Assembly: GCA_002633005.1 (NCBI GenBank)
Contig: NMRA01000083.1
Location: 384,896 to 448,895 of the forward strand
Length of the DNA: 64,000 nt
Direction of reading: 5' to 3'
Source of the DNA: Phoronis australis
Lineage: Eukaryota; Animalia; Phoronida
Both the position numbers and the translations under genes were made by a program. Each line of letters starts with the position of its first letter. The stretch's first letter is position 1. Positions 25,301 through 37,243 of this stretch are shown in pieces. Under the pieces are notes generated by a model. The model was not told where the DNA came from. It saw only the letters and a program-made list of their open reading frames with translations, and ran no database searches.

Positions 25301-28300
25301 CACGAGATTCTTTGATCTGTGGAATTCAGCCCTGGTGTGAAGCCCAGTTATTCTCGAGCTCAAAGATCAGTTCTAATCTGAGAAGGGAACAAAATGAGAC
25401 CGATTGCTTAAAACACAAAATGGAGAAAAATTATATTGTTGAAGAGGCTGGTGCACCGGGACAAAATTCATTTTTTTTCATTTTTTTTCATTTTCTAGTT
25501 GTTTAGTGTTCCTACCTCCATACAAAAGCTTTGGGTATATGCTGCAATATTAGAAGCCCTTGAAAATGATAAATGGGCTGCGGTACTTTGACAGTTCAGA
25601 ATTTTACTGTCAGTTGATTGGCCTGAATTTAAGAGGTTATGTTAATTAGGTTGATTCATTTCAATTTCAGCATGTATGGAGTGATAACGAAGATGTGATA
25701 GAAAACCTAGTAGAAGTTCAAATGTTCATCGACAGTCATTGCCATTGCTCTATAACAGAGATACTTAACAAAGTCAACAAGGCCTTACAACCGGTGAGTG
25801 AAAGATACAAAATAATCATTACAGGAACTACCATCAATATTCACTTTTATCAGCGTAGTCTTTATGTCGTCATCTCTTCTATTCAAATGTCAGTGATTGT
25901 GAAACAGCACTCAAGTATGATGCATTTTTGCCCATGAGGTAAAATTGAATTTATGGAAATACGCTTTATGAATACTGTATAATGGGTGGCGAATGTTTAT
26001 TGTTATCCCAGTAAAGTTCCGAGAGTGTATGAACCAGCAAGAGTTCACTTCTCCAGAATGGGTTGAGGGGAGTGTTTCCTGACCAAGGTTTTACCTGTGC
26101 AACCGGAAAAAGATGGACAGCCTCCCATTGCTACTTCTTTCTTTTACCCTCTCATGACGATACCACTATCCAGTACCACCCAACCAGGACAATACCACTA
26201 GCCAGTATCACCCACTCAGGATGATACCACTAGTCAGTATCACCCACCCAGGATGATACCACTAGCCAGTACCACCCACCCAGGACGATACCACTAGCCA
26301 GTACCACCCACTTTTCAATTCCCTGTCAAATTTTAGTAAGATTTTTTTAGAGACCTTTGAAGACAGGTGATTGTTTCGACACTACGAGCAACTGTGTTTC
26401 AAGCTTTCAAACAAAAAGGCCTGTCGTGTTTTCAACGAAGTTTGTGTTAACGAAGGGCTGCTACTGAATTAGATACTAATATGAAATCCAGCATCATCAA
26501 GCTGTTGCTTGTGGTAGTGTGAAAGGGGCTTGAGGTTAATGTTTAAATGCTTCGATTGTTGTTTGATTATTTTTCACCGCCTTTCTTGCTTGCTTTTAGT
26601 TGCTAGGTCATGCAGCAGGGGGCTCTGATGATGACTCGGATGTTGACGATGACTTCGATGAAGCGTACTACGAAGCCGATGAAAGCCAGGACTCAAAGTC
26701 AGAGGACATCAGAGTACACTCATCGAGCAGTGATGAAGATGAAGTCTGTGAATATGACACAGGCCAGGCCAACCCCACTTGTGTACACAGACTGCTTAAA
26801 GGTCAGATAATAATGTCATAGCATGATCCCAAAATACCACTTTGCCACTCTAATGCTGACCTATTAACCCACAAGACTGCATCAATGGGGCATTTGTACC
26901 ACTACTTTATTTTGCAACTGTACTTATCATCAATGGTATTTTTTTCAAAAGAATTAATTTATGTGTCATTCTAATGTCAGTCACGTTTTACAGCTCAGCG
27001 AGTAGCAATAGTTGACATCAGGAAATCCTAGGAACTCAATGTGATGCCTGGTATCGTTCTTTACAACCCAGAAGTGGGTTTGTGGTATTTATGAAAATTG
27101 TGGTCTTTATGAAAATTAGTTAAGTCATACAATGCATTTTTTACCTCTGCAACAGCGGGTCATGACTATTGCTTGCTTGTAGTGTATGTGAATACCAGTG
27201 TTTGCCTGAAGTAAGCCCCTGGTCTTGGTCGAGGCCAACCGAATAACATGGCTTACGCGCTTATGAGTATGGTTCCTGTTTTCTTAACATGACTTGTGTG
27301 CCTGTAAACTCCTGCCCGGACTCCCACAACACGGTTTAATCACCCTTGCACTAACAGACATGACTCATTTACTGCAAACACGGTACCTGAACAAAATGTA
27401 CATTTCCGCAACTTCCTGCCTGTCAACAATGAAGGTGGTGAATATGTGTTACCCCTGCATTTTGCCCTGTTAAGCTGGCTACAAAATGGAATTTGAATTC
27501 GACCTTTCACTGTCATAAAATGGGTCACTATATTTCTTACCATGGTTGGATTTTATTGCCATTTCCAGTCAGAAAATGAAAACCATTAACTACTTAGGAA
27601 ATGATTAAGTGTTTATTTGGGTTTGCAAACCCCATAATTGTGAAATGGAAATGACATGCATGCGCACATTGCCTTTCACTTGAGTTACTAGCTCATTTGG
27701 CTACAATTCAATATCAAATGTGTTTTAAAGTCACTGTGGTTTTAAACTGCGAAGTGCTTCAGTTAAGAATTCAACATTGACGGCTAACCAGCGGCAAAAT
27801 GACCCTTCGATTCTGGTTTGCCGGAGTTTGATATCATTTTTGTGCTTTAACTATTCAAGTAAGATAGAATAATCATATTGATTCTGTTGTTCTTTTGATA
27901 AGAAACAAAATGTGCTTTATACAGATTAGTTCTCGATAATATTGAAAGTACTCACTCACAACATCTTGGGGAATGTGTACACAAGCAGTGAAGAACCTGT
28001 GACCTGTGTTTATAGGTTCTGCAGCCATGTTTGCAGTTGGCGAACAATGTAAGTTGAGTGAGTCTGTAACCTATGCTTAATAGGCCTGTAATTCATGCTT
28101 CATGGGTCTAGGCACAAGTTAGTGAGTCAGTGACCTGAGGTTACAGACCTGTGAGCCATGTTCTTAACTAGCTAGGGGAGCTATTTTCGTAAGTGCGTGA
28201 GCCAGGTTGTTCAGAGAGCCTGATCAGGAACAATACAAAGATAGCTTTCAGATGCTACTTTATCCACTGGTCTTTAAATATGGATGTATTTGAATTTTTT

Positions 28301-31300
28301 TTCATTGCTTTGATTCATAACACACTCCTTGATTTATATTTCTTTGTATGCATTAGTGGTATTTAGATGCCCATCTTTGTGTTGCCTGTTTTGTGGAGAT
28401 CCTTACTAGCATTGGTCTGTTTCAGATCTTAAGAATATGAAGAAAGCCAATGGGCAGTTTGGTGTACAAGGTAACCCCCACAGCAACAATCTGTTGATCT
28501 GGGTGAGTGAGCTAACTCGCACTGTACTTACAAGTGGACAGTCTGACTATACACATTAGGACGTTATCCTGTTGACCACAACTTGTTCGATCGGATAGCA
28601 AACGGAACAGTTGGCCAGTTGACCAGTGTAGCCAGTAGCTTACATGGTGCGGTATTGGTGGTTGGAGGGCTAGTTCTCTTTTGTTCGATAATTGCTCTAA
28701 TCCCGATAAGATCATATCTAGCCTGACTGGGCTGTGCAGTTAAAAATAAAATATAAGTTATATTAAAACATAAACCAATAACAATTCTGAATTCCTCATC
28801 AAACGCTGATTGTGTTTAGTTTTTGAATAACCAAAATTGTCCAACTAGACTGAAGTTAAGAGAATCTAATTCTGTCGGAAAGCATTAGTTTCAGTAACTC
28901 TTTGAAGCATGGTGGATAATTGGCCTGCCTGTTGTTATACCAGACAAAATACTGCGCTCAGCAATTAACAAAGGAGCCAGATGTTATCACATGTTTAGAA
29001 CCTGCATAAGTTTGGTAAAGTCACTGCACTAAACAGGAGAACACCCTAATGAGACCAGTTAAAGGAGCATTTCCACTATTTGCCATTAGATGAAAATCAT
29101 GCAATAAAGAAGATGTCATGTTAAAGGGAAAAGCTAACATAAAATAAGACAGCGCAATGCGATCATCTATAACTATGTGTACAACAGATAATGAAATGAG
29201 GAAATGGAAATTATTGGTCACAGCGAAAGTATGTAATAGTAAGGAAAATGGCAATAGTTTGATTTTCACTGAACGAATGAAAGCTTTTTCCAGGGAAGGG
29301 ACCCTGATAGTTATGTGGAGATGTTTATTGTGCTTTCAGGATGTCCAGCTCACAAGCATTCCTCCAGACACACATCTTGGCCAGGATTTGGTCAAATATT
29401 CTCAGAAGTACAATGAAGAGGTACGTCTCCCCACCAGAGTGCGTTTTAGACTGGGGTTGTGTTGCAAGTGAAGATTTGTAATATCTAATTATGCTATTTG
29501 GTATTAAAAGACTACCCTGCTGCCATTTTTGTGGAGTTATTATGTTGTAGTTTTTTTTCTGGAAAATTTAACCATACTGTATTTGTTTCTAGCCACGAAA
29601 TCCTGTGTATGTTTTTGTTAGGATTAACGTAATGTATTTGAAGTTTTCAATCTTATTTAGTTGTTGCACAATAAATGAGATTACCTTCACTAGAGGGTGT
29701 CTCTCTTAACTGATAAACCATGGCTTTTATCAACAGTAGGAAGTGTCAAACAGATCAGGCTCACTTTCTTTTCATAGGGATTTTAGAAATTGCTAGTAAT
29801 ATCACAGATTAATACAATATTGCATGATTCTTTCTGACTATCTGTTGACATTTGTGTTTTTGTATTATGCTTAATTTTGTCTGTTTTAGCCTGTTGTACA
29901 GCTAGAAATGAAATTTCCCACTGACTATCCTATGGCGCCTCCTTTTGTCAGAATTCGCAAGCCAAAGTTCAAGTTTTTAACAGGTACATTGTTAGGGGAG
30001 TTGATCTTCTTCCGTGGACATTCTCATTAATAGAGTCCGTTTCTCATATGTTCTTATTGGCTGTATTTCATTTCTCATTAACGGTAACTCAGTTCTTACA
30101 AACTCATTTAACCACATTTTCACTGACTGAAGGCAGTGAGTTGCCTGGGCTTGACACTATGTGGTAAATGCTTGGTACAAAACATCAAATTTGTTACTAT
30201 ACTTGGGCTGGGAACATATGCACTTCATTTGAAAAGAATTGCATTCACGAGAACAGAATTTTGGCATGTGAGAAAAGAACTACAGCTTGTGAGAAAAGAA
30301 GTATATTAATGAGGAGAGGAAAATGCTGTTTGGTTAGTGAACGCCCTTGCAGTTGAGATTGTGGGATTTTTCTGCAAGCAAAGAACATAACTTAAAGATC
30401 ATAAAGAATAAAATACATGACTGCTACCTAGACTGTCTTTGTCACAGATGTTGAAAATATAGATTTTATTATAACTATTATTCATCATATTAAGGACTTT
30501 CTTGCCACTCTTGCACCATTGGTAATTAAGTGTTATGATGTTTCAGGTCATGTAACAATAGGTGGCAGTATGTGTAATTAAATGTTATGATGTTTCAGGT
30601 CATGTAACAATAGGTGGCAGTATATGTAATTAAATGTTATGATGTTTCAGGTCATGTAACAATAGGTGGCAGTATATGTATGGAGCTATTGACTAAGTCT
30701 GGCTGGCGACCAATCAATGACATTGAGGTGAGTGAATCAAAAACAGCATTGATTAAGAAATCTCTAGGAAGCTGTCACATTCCCCATAGTTGTGCAGGTT
30801 AACACTTAGTGCGTCAAATGAAAATCTCAAATATCAGGGTGGACATTAAACCTCTTGACTGAATTTTTGCTATTTTTGATGTTTCTGTCTGTTATGATGG
30901 TCTTAACAACTGTTTAGCTTCACAAAAGAACTCTACATAAGCTCTCAAATCTCCAGACTTAATGAGGATACTACAGTCATCAGTGCAAGTTTCAGAAAGA
31001 GACCCTTCATTTTTTCCAGTCTTTTGATACAATTCCTTGTAGTTTTTGTTTGCCTTGTGGCCCCTTGGTGTCTCACAAAGAAAATGGTGCGTGGGACATG
31101 GACCGAATTTCAAGAACTAAATTTTTGTTTCATTCCAGTTCACGACAGTTGGAGGAAAATAAAATTACTAACTCCGTCATAATCAATTTTCAGGGCATAC
31201 TCGTTCAGATTCGTTCAGAAATTCTGAGTGATCCTAAAGTTAGACTGGACTTGTCGAACAATAACCCTTACGATGAAACAGAGGCGAGGCAAGCGTTTGA

Positions 31301-31334
31301 TAGAATGGTGAAGAAGTATAACTGGGACTCCTGA
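19396..31334 (+). CDS. Ubiquitin-conjugating enzyme E2 Q-family protein (UBE2Q/UBE2QL1-like), 8 coding exons, ~324 aa
   Basis: Exons 19396-19575, 25671-25793, 26600-26801, 28426-28502, 29340-29420, 29890-29983, 30651-30727 and 31194-31334, all GT-AG and in phase. UBC motifs RLLKDL, NNLLIWDV, FPTDYPMAPPFVR, GHVTIGGSICMELLTKSGW (catalytic Cys), ILVQIR and PYDETEARQAF..W, preceded by an acidic linker. Confidence 0.9.
19586..19736. mobile_element. 151-bp Harbinger-like MITE, absent from the other copy of this segment
   Basis: CGTTCAGTAACGCTAGGACCTAGCTAAAA ... TTTTAGCTAGGTCCTAGCG..TACTGAACG, flanked by CTG/CAG. The empty site AAATCCAGCTTG is at 18492-18503. Confidence 0.8.
20336..20408. repeat. 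24-bp minisatellite, 3 copies
   Basis: Unit CAGTCTGGTACACGTTGTCATGCA. Confidence 0.9.
20592..20662. mobile_element. Mini-MITE monomer related to 9672-9812
   Basis: CATGGGTGGCGCA...GCTATAGCC...TGTGCCGCCCATG. Confidence 0.6.
24344..24744 (-). mobile_element. PIF/Harbinger-like MITE, 401 bp, copy 2 (UBE2Q-like intron 1)
   Basis: Reverse complement of 11941-12341 with few differences. TSD CTG in a CCTGG site. Confidence 0.85.
24938..25272. repeat. 29-bp minisatellite, ~11 copies, with palindromic core
   Basis: Unit CAAGACTTTGCAAGATCTTGCATGTATTA. The core TGCAAGATCTTGCA is a 14-bp palindrome. Confidence 0.95.
26159..26311. repeat. 32-bp minisatellite, ~5 copies
   Basis: Unit GATACCACTAGCCAGTACCACCCACCCAGGAC. 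Confidence 0.9.
30522..30680 (+). repeat. 52-bp tandem triplication spanning the intron 6/exon 7 boundary of the UBE2Q-like gene
   Basis: Unit GTAATTAA(G/A)TGTTATGATGTTTCAG|GTCATGTAACAATAGGTGGCAGTAT(G/A)T. Acceptor AGs end at 30546, 30598 and 30650. Confidence 0.95.
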
Positions 31335-31585
31335 TGTGTACAGTCACAATCAGCTGCTGATGCAGTTAGGTTACAAGCATATGTGCTCTGACTTGTACTT
31401 AATGTAATTCTTTCTTTGTTTTTGGCGTTAAAGTGCATATGACCACCATTTTCAATGTGTTGAGATGTAACTATGTTATCATCACCTGCAAACCTTTGTT
31501 AATAGCATTGTATACAGTAATTCTCCACTCATTTTCCACATAAATGATTGACACGTTTCCACATATATGATTGATACGATTGTCA

Positions 31586-34500
31586 TTTAGGCTTCCACAT
31601 TTTATGTATGTGAGTGCCTGTTGCCGTCATCTTCATGCGGACATCCCCAGTTGTATCTCCCAAACCCTTGCAGTATCTTGGCAGATGCGCTTCAATAAAG
31701 TGGACAGAGGATGAAGGGAATTTTCGGAGGGTTCGAACTACCGCTGCACCACCTAGTGACAATTTTAAGTGTTTGTGTTTGCCTTTACATCTGCCAAGTC
31801 CATTTTACAAAACTTGGCAGTGTAACCGAGCACCAATGTCACGGTACAATTGTTGAATGTCTCTTGTCATGCTCTGCATTTCCTGCTGACAATTTTAGTA
31901 TTTTGATTCAGTTTCCTGGCATCCACCTCTCATTTTGCCAAACAGTTTGAAGGATCGTGGTGAAATTTATGTGATATGTTCCTATCTGTGTGACCTTGGC
32001 TGACATTGATTTAAGTGATATGTTCCTATCTATGTGACCTTGGCTGACATTGATTTTTGTCTGAATCCAAATACCACTATGCTCCCTAGTGGATTTTTTT
32101 GCTCTGGCCTCCATGTCTCTCAAAGTCGGTGAAACATCTCCATGAAATTTGAGGGATACGTTGTTGTTGTCGGTGGTGAGAGCATGGCTGACATTGATTT
32201 CCGGGTGGTCTTGAATATTGCTATGCCCCCTAGTGGTAGTTTTACTTTCCTGCACTTGTCTCAGTATCTACTATGTTGGAGAAGGGCCATCATGAAAAAT
32301 GAGGCATACATTCCCAATGCCATTACTCCCCCTTGTGGCAGTTTTATTTGTTAGACTTACCTCAATATATACCAGGTTCTGTGAAGGATTATGATTTTTT
32401 GGGCCTACCTCAACATCTACCAACTTCATTAAGGACTGTTATGATATTTGATAAGTGCGTTGCTGTTGTTGAGAATGTGTTCAGTTCGTGGATCTTTGAC
32501 CGATGTGTTCTTATAAAGAAGAAGAAAGAACCGGCGCCACCTAACGTCAGTTTACTAGCTTGCTGTCCATTTTAGGTATCTACAAAATGGTTTGAAGAAT
32601 CAACGAAGTGAATTTCATATGATACAATCAAGATAATACTTTCCGTAAAACTGAATGTTTTCGATGAACTCTGGCTACTGTAGTCCTCAAAATTGTCTGA
32701 TGGTTGGACTTGCAGTCATGTGACGAGATTTCATGCCTAGGAGATCGTAATATGATGTCATAATTGCCCCGTAGAGGGTATTAATCAATGTCATGATTCA
32801 TCACTCATGTCACCTTTTATTTATAAGACTTTCTCAAGTTAAGTGTGTTTTCTTAGCCCTCTTATGAGATGAAGTATTAATAATGGTCTGTGACTGCCGA
32901 AATTGTTTGTGCAGTTTAAAGAATAATTATGAATTTGAGAAAGGTGTTTCTATTGATGGAAATCTTGCTGCGATTTTTAACACTTCCAGCTATTGTTGCG
33001 CTCCCTAGTGGCATGTTTTATTTTTTGCATTTACCTCAACATTTACCAAGTTTGGTGTAGGATCTTCATAAAGTTTTTGCAGATAAGATTTGATCCAGGC
33101 AAAAACAGCACACTGTTGTTCGACAGATCCGATTTATGCTGTGCCCTCTTGTGACAATTTTATTAGTTTGATATTCACTTTGTTATCCGCCTCGCTATCT
33201 ACCAAGCCTCTTGAATAATCATTATAACAAAAGAGTTTTTATGCACCCACATATTTATATGACAACACCAGCACATATTTATAATGGCAATTTTAGTTTT
33301 TTACGTTTGCCTCTGTATCTTCAGAGTTCCCTGATGGACTTTCATGAAATTCAGCAAATAGGTTTTAAATAAGAAGACAATGATGCCATTCCGTTTTCGG
33401 ACAGATTCGATGGAGTTTACGCCACCTTGTGTCCATTTTTGTTATTTTTTGCATCCGTTTTCTGGCATCTGCATGTTTATCTGCCATACCGCTCCAAGGA
33501 TCATTATAAAAATTTGCAGATGTGTTCTTGATGAGAAAGCCACGACTGATGTTGACTTTTGTAGGGGTCTGACTACGTACTAAGTCGCTCCTTAGTGGCG
33601 ATTTTGTGTTTTTTGCGTCTGCGGCCAACTCTCCTTAACCCTATGAAGGAGTTTTGTGAAATTTGAATGATGTATTTCTATGGAGCTTATGACAAATGGT
33701 TACGAGTGTCGAACTGATCCAAATACCACTGTGCCCCCTAGTGGCTAATTATTTTTTTATGTTTGCCTCTGTATCTTCGGAGTTCAATAATGTATTTCCA
33801 TGAAATTCGGCAAATAGGTATCTGCTAAGCAGACGACAACATCTTCCCATTTTTGGACAGATTTGATGTTTTCTGCACCACCTGCTGGCCATTTTTGTTA
33901 TTTTTACTCCCGTTTTCTGGCGTCGGCCTCCATATCTGCCATACCGCTTAAAGAATCATGAAAACGTACAGATACGTTCCTGATGAGAAGGCCACAACTG
34001 ATGTTGACTTTCGGACAGATCCAACTACTGCGTCGCCCCCTAGTGGTGATTTCTTGTGTGTCTGCAGCCAAATCTCTTTAACCCTTTGAAAGAGCTTCGT
34101 GAATTTTGAAAGATTTGCTCCTATGGAGCTCCCAACAAATGATAACAAGTGTCGAACTGATACACATTGTGCCCCTTAGTGGCGAAATGTTTTTTTTTTA
34201 CGTTTGCCTTTGTATCTTTGAAGTTCATTAATGTATTTTCATGAAATTCGGCAAATAGGTTTCTATTAAGGAGACGACAATGCCTTCCCATTTTCGAACC
34301 GATCTGATGTTATGAGTGCCACCTGGTAGCCATTTCAAAAGTCTTGCGTATGTTTTTGAGGTCTGCCTCTCTACCTGCCAAACCACTCAAAGGATCATTA
34401 TGAAAATTGACAGTTGCGTTCTTGATGCGAAGAACGTGGCTGACGTAGATTTTTGGATGTTTTCAACTATTCTGGTGTCCCCTAGGAGCATCTACGGCTT

Positions 34501-34884
34501 TATCTCCTTAATCCTTTGAAGGATCTTTGTGAAATTTGGCAGATAGGCTCTAATAGATATGGCAACGGATGATGTTGAGTTTCACACCAATCAGACTATA
34601 GCTGTGCCCCCTAGTGTCAGTTGTTTTTTGTGTTTCGTTCTATATCTTAGGAGTTCCTTGGCTTATTTTCATGAAATTTGGCAAATAGTTGTGCATTATA
34701 GAGACGGCGCCATCTTCTCAATTCGGATGGTTGTGAGGCATTCTGCGCCATCTTCTCAATTCGGATGGTTGTGAGGCATTCTGCGCTATCTAATGGCCAT
34801 TTTTATGATACTAAAAACACCCATATATGCACACCGTTTGCGATGCTGTCGTGGATGCATTTCAACGCTCTGCGTTGCTCTTGT
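31586..34884 (+). mobile_element. Helentron-associated (HINE-like) non-autonomous element with internal ~150-bp tandem repeats
   Basis: Possible sub-terminal inverted repeats GCTTCCAC (31591) and GTGGATGC (34851), a 3' hairpin CAACGC-TCT-GCGTTG (34863-34877) and then CTCTTGT. Recurrent GCCCCCTAGTGG and TGAAATTT motifs, with a ~450-bp higher-order repeat at 33306/33762/34203/34633. Confidence 0.6.
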
Positions 34885-36530
34885 TTATTAAGATGAGCAT
34901 GACAGCTGTCAATCATTCGAGGGATCTGACTACTACAGTGCCCCCCATTGGTAATGATAGTTTCGTTTGCGTCAATCTCACTATCTACTGAGATTGCTTG
35001 TACCAAATTTTCAGATGACCGGCACTGCACCCCCTAAGAATCAATATTTAGCTCACTAGTGGTACCTGCTGTAGTGTGGGAAAATACTTGAAATATGATG
35101 ATCACTTTACGTGGTGGGTGCATATCAAGCTTTGGGGTTGTTCTTGTTTGTTTTTTGAGGGATGATTTCCATCCTGCAAATAATGGAAACTTTTCCAAAT
35201 GTTGTTTTATGATATCTACACAGTTCAAACCAAGCTATTAATAGACTAAAGTTTTCTTAATCTTTGGTTTTGTTAATATATTGGGAACGTGGTGTGAGAA
35301 TTTTGAGAAATAAAGTCGACAGATTACATAGGACTTCTACGGAGCCATTGCAACAGTCATTGTGCGTCAAGTTCATTGCTCATACTCATTAATCCTACCA
35401 GCCTGAGGAATTTTGGTTTTGTTAAGAAATTTGACAAAGTGGAATTTCATTGGTTGGCCATATTTTGTGCTTAATAGGTGAAGCTGTACCACAATACATT
35501 AAATGCTTGATTGCTCCTAATCAACATAATCCTCGGACCATGTTAGTATGTAAGTGCTCTAACTACACAAGTGATCTACAGGTTGGGCTTTGTCTTCTCC
35601 TCCAGCGTGATCCGTAATCACCGCACCATGACTGAATGTATTTGCGTGTAAAACAAATACCGTAGTGCTTAGAATTCTTGTGATTTAGAAGAAGATTGTG
35701 CATATGGTGACATTGCTGCATTTTGTTGACACTGTGGCTAGTCATAAATTTATTTCCCAAGTCCACTTAATTCTATGATTGCTGTAACAGCATTCAAAAG
35801 TAATTAAGAAATTCTTATTTCATAATTATTGTATGTCACTAACAGTTGTGCTTGCGAAAAGTAATCAGACAAAATTGTGTTTCCGGTTCCTGCTCAATCC
35901 TCAATGGTCACTCCAGTTGCTCTGATAATGATTTTTTGCTTCCACTCTGCCATCACTACATGAAATTCCAACCGTCGTGCCAGGGAATTCTAGGTCATGT
36001 CCCATTACTTTTAGCATGTGCTGTAGTTGTTCGATACCATACTTTGTAACACAAGATTACGTGAAATCATGTGATGTTGCATCTATGGGTTATAGAAGTG
36101 TGCTGTTGGTCAGACATTCATATCAGTAAACTCCACTTTCCTGTGCTTCAGAGACCAGAAAGTAGCGAGAGTAGAGAATTCGATAAAATCTTGTCAATTT
36201 TGGATGAACATAATTTCCTTGACTGCTCTTTTTTCATTTTTCAAAGGCTTCTAACGTTGTTGTGATTGTTCAAAATGTTATCTTCTGCTATTATACTGAA
36301 CATGAACGTGAAAAGGCATCAATTTAGGACTACTTTTCTTTTGAGGAAAAATGAGAAAATGAAATTTCTCTCGTCTGCCATATTGTGTCGTAAGTTTGTG
36401 AGATTTTGCAGTGATGTGAGTATTGTGTATATTGGCCAGAAGATGTTGCTAGATAACAATTACTGTTTCATCTACTTTCACATTGCTGTCACTAACTTAC
36501 TGATGCGGTTGGTCTTGTTGTGAAATGATA

Positions 36531-36823
36531 ACGGTTATGTATTAGCCAAATATCTACAAAACTGTACCTTACATCTAAGAAAAAGTACATATATTTCCTA
36601 AAAGTAGAAATCCCATAGAATTTGATTTTTGACTTGTGCTAATCTGACGTTAAAAAGGTCATGTGGCCATGTCTTTTTAGTAAAAACAATTACAGAGTTT
36701 TGGAGAACAGTGCAAAAATCATATTGTCTGAAAGTTCTGTGTGAATCCGATCAGCCTTTCTGAGGTATGGTTCTCCAAAGTTAGCCAAATTTGGACATTT
36801 TGCTAGGGTCCTACATAACCTTA
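36531..36823. mobile_element. Interspersed TIR-element family (AAGGTTATGTAGGACC-like ends, possibly Kolobok-type); relatives at ~38398-38570 and, inverted, ~52586-53085
   Basis: Shared AAATATCTACAAAACT...AAAGTAGAAATCC and CCAAATTTGGACATTTT..TAGGG segments. Ends GGTCCTACATAACCTTAA. Confidence 0.55.
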
Positions 36824-36857
36824 AAGCATCATTATCCTACGTTCTGTCCAAGAATCA

Positions 36858-37243
36858 AACTTGTGCTTTAGACCACTTATTGTTATAAAATTTGTCTTGA
36901 GTTTTTCCTTGCTCAGACAAGAGGTGGTGTTTTGGTTTGCAAAGAACTTACAGTTTGTTATTCATTGAGACCATGCTCAACATACCATGTCAAGCCAACT
37001 TGCAGAGCCTGGGTCTCAACACACCATGTCAAGCCAATTTGCAGAGCCTTGGTCTCAACACACCATGTCAAGCCAACTTGCACAGCCTTGGTCTCAACAC
37101 ACCATGTCAAGCCAACTTGCAGAGCCTGGCTCTCTATCAAAAATGAGTTGCGGCTTCTTTCAAAGTCCTGAAATCACCTCCAGTTTGACTAATAAACAAT
37201 GTGAGACCAATTTCATAATGCCGAGTGGTCTAAATCCAAAGTT
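36858..37243. mobile_element. MITE of the AACTTTTGATTTAGACCAC family containing a 39-bp minisatellite (4 copies, ~36976-37130)
   Basis: Termini TTTAGACCACTTA and AGTGGTCTAAATCCAAAGTT. Unit CAACACACCATGTCAAGCCAACTTGCAGAGCCT(G/T)GGTCT. Confidence 0.7.

Noticed and set aside
35850-36270. Short protein-like minus-strand stretches (e.g. KYGIEQLQHMLKVMGHDLEFPG)
   Set aside because: Interrupted by stops, with no recognisable family or splice framework.
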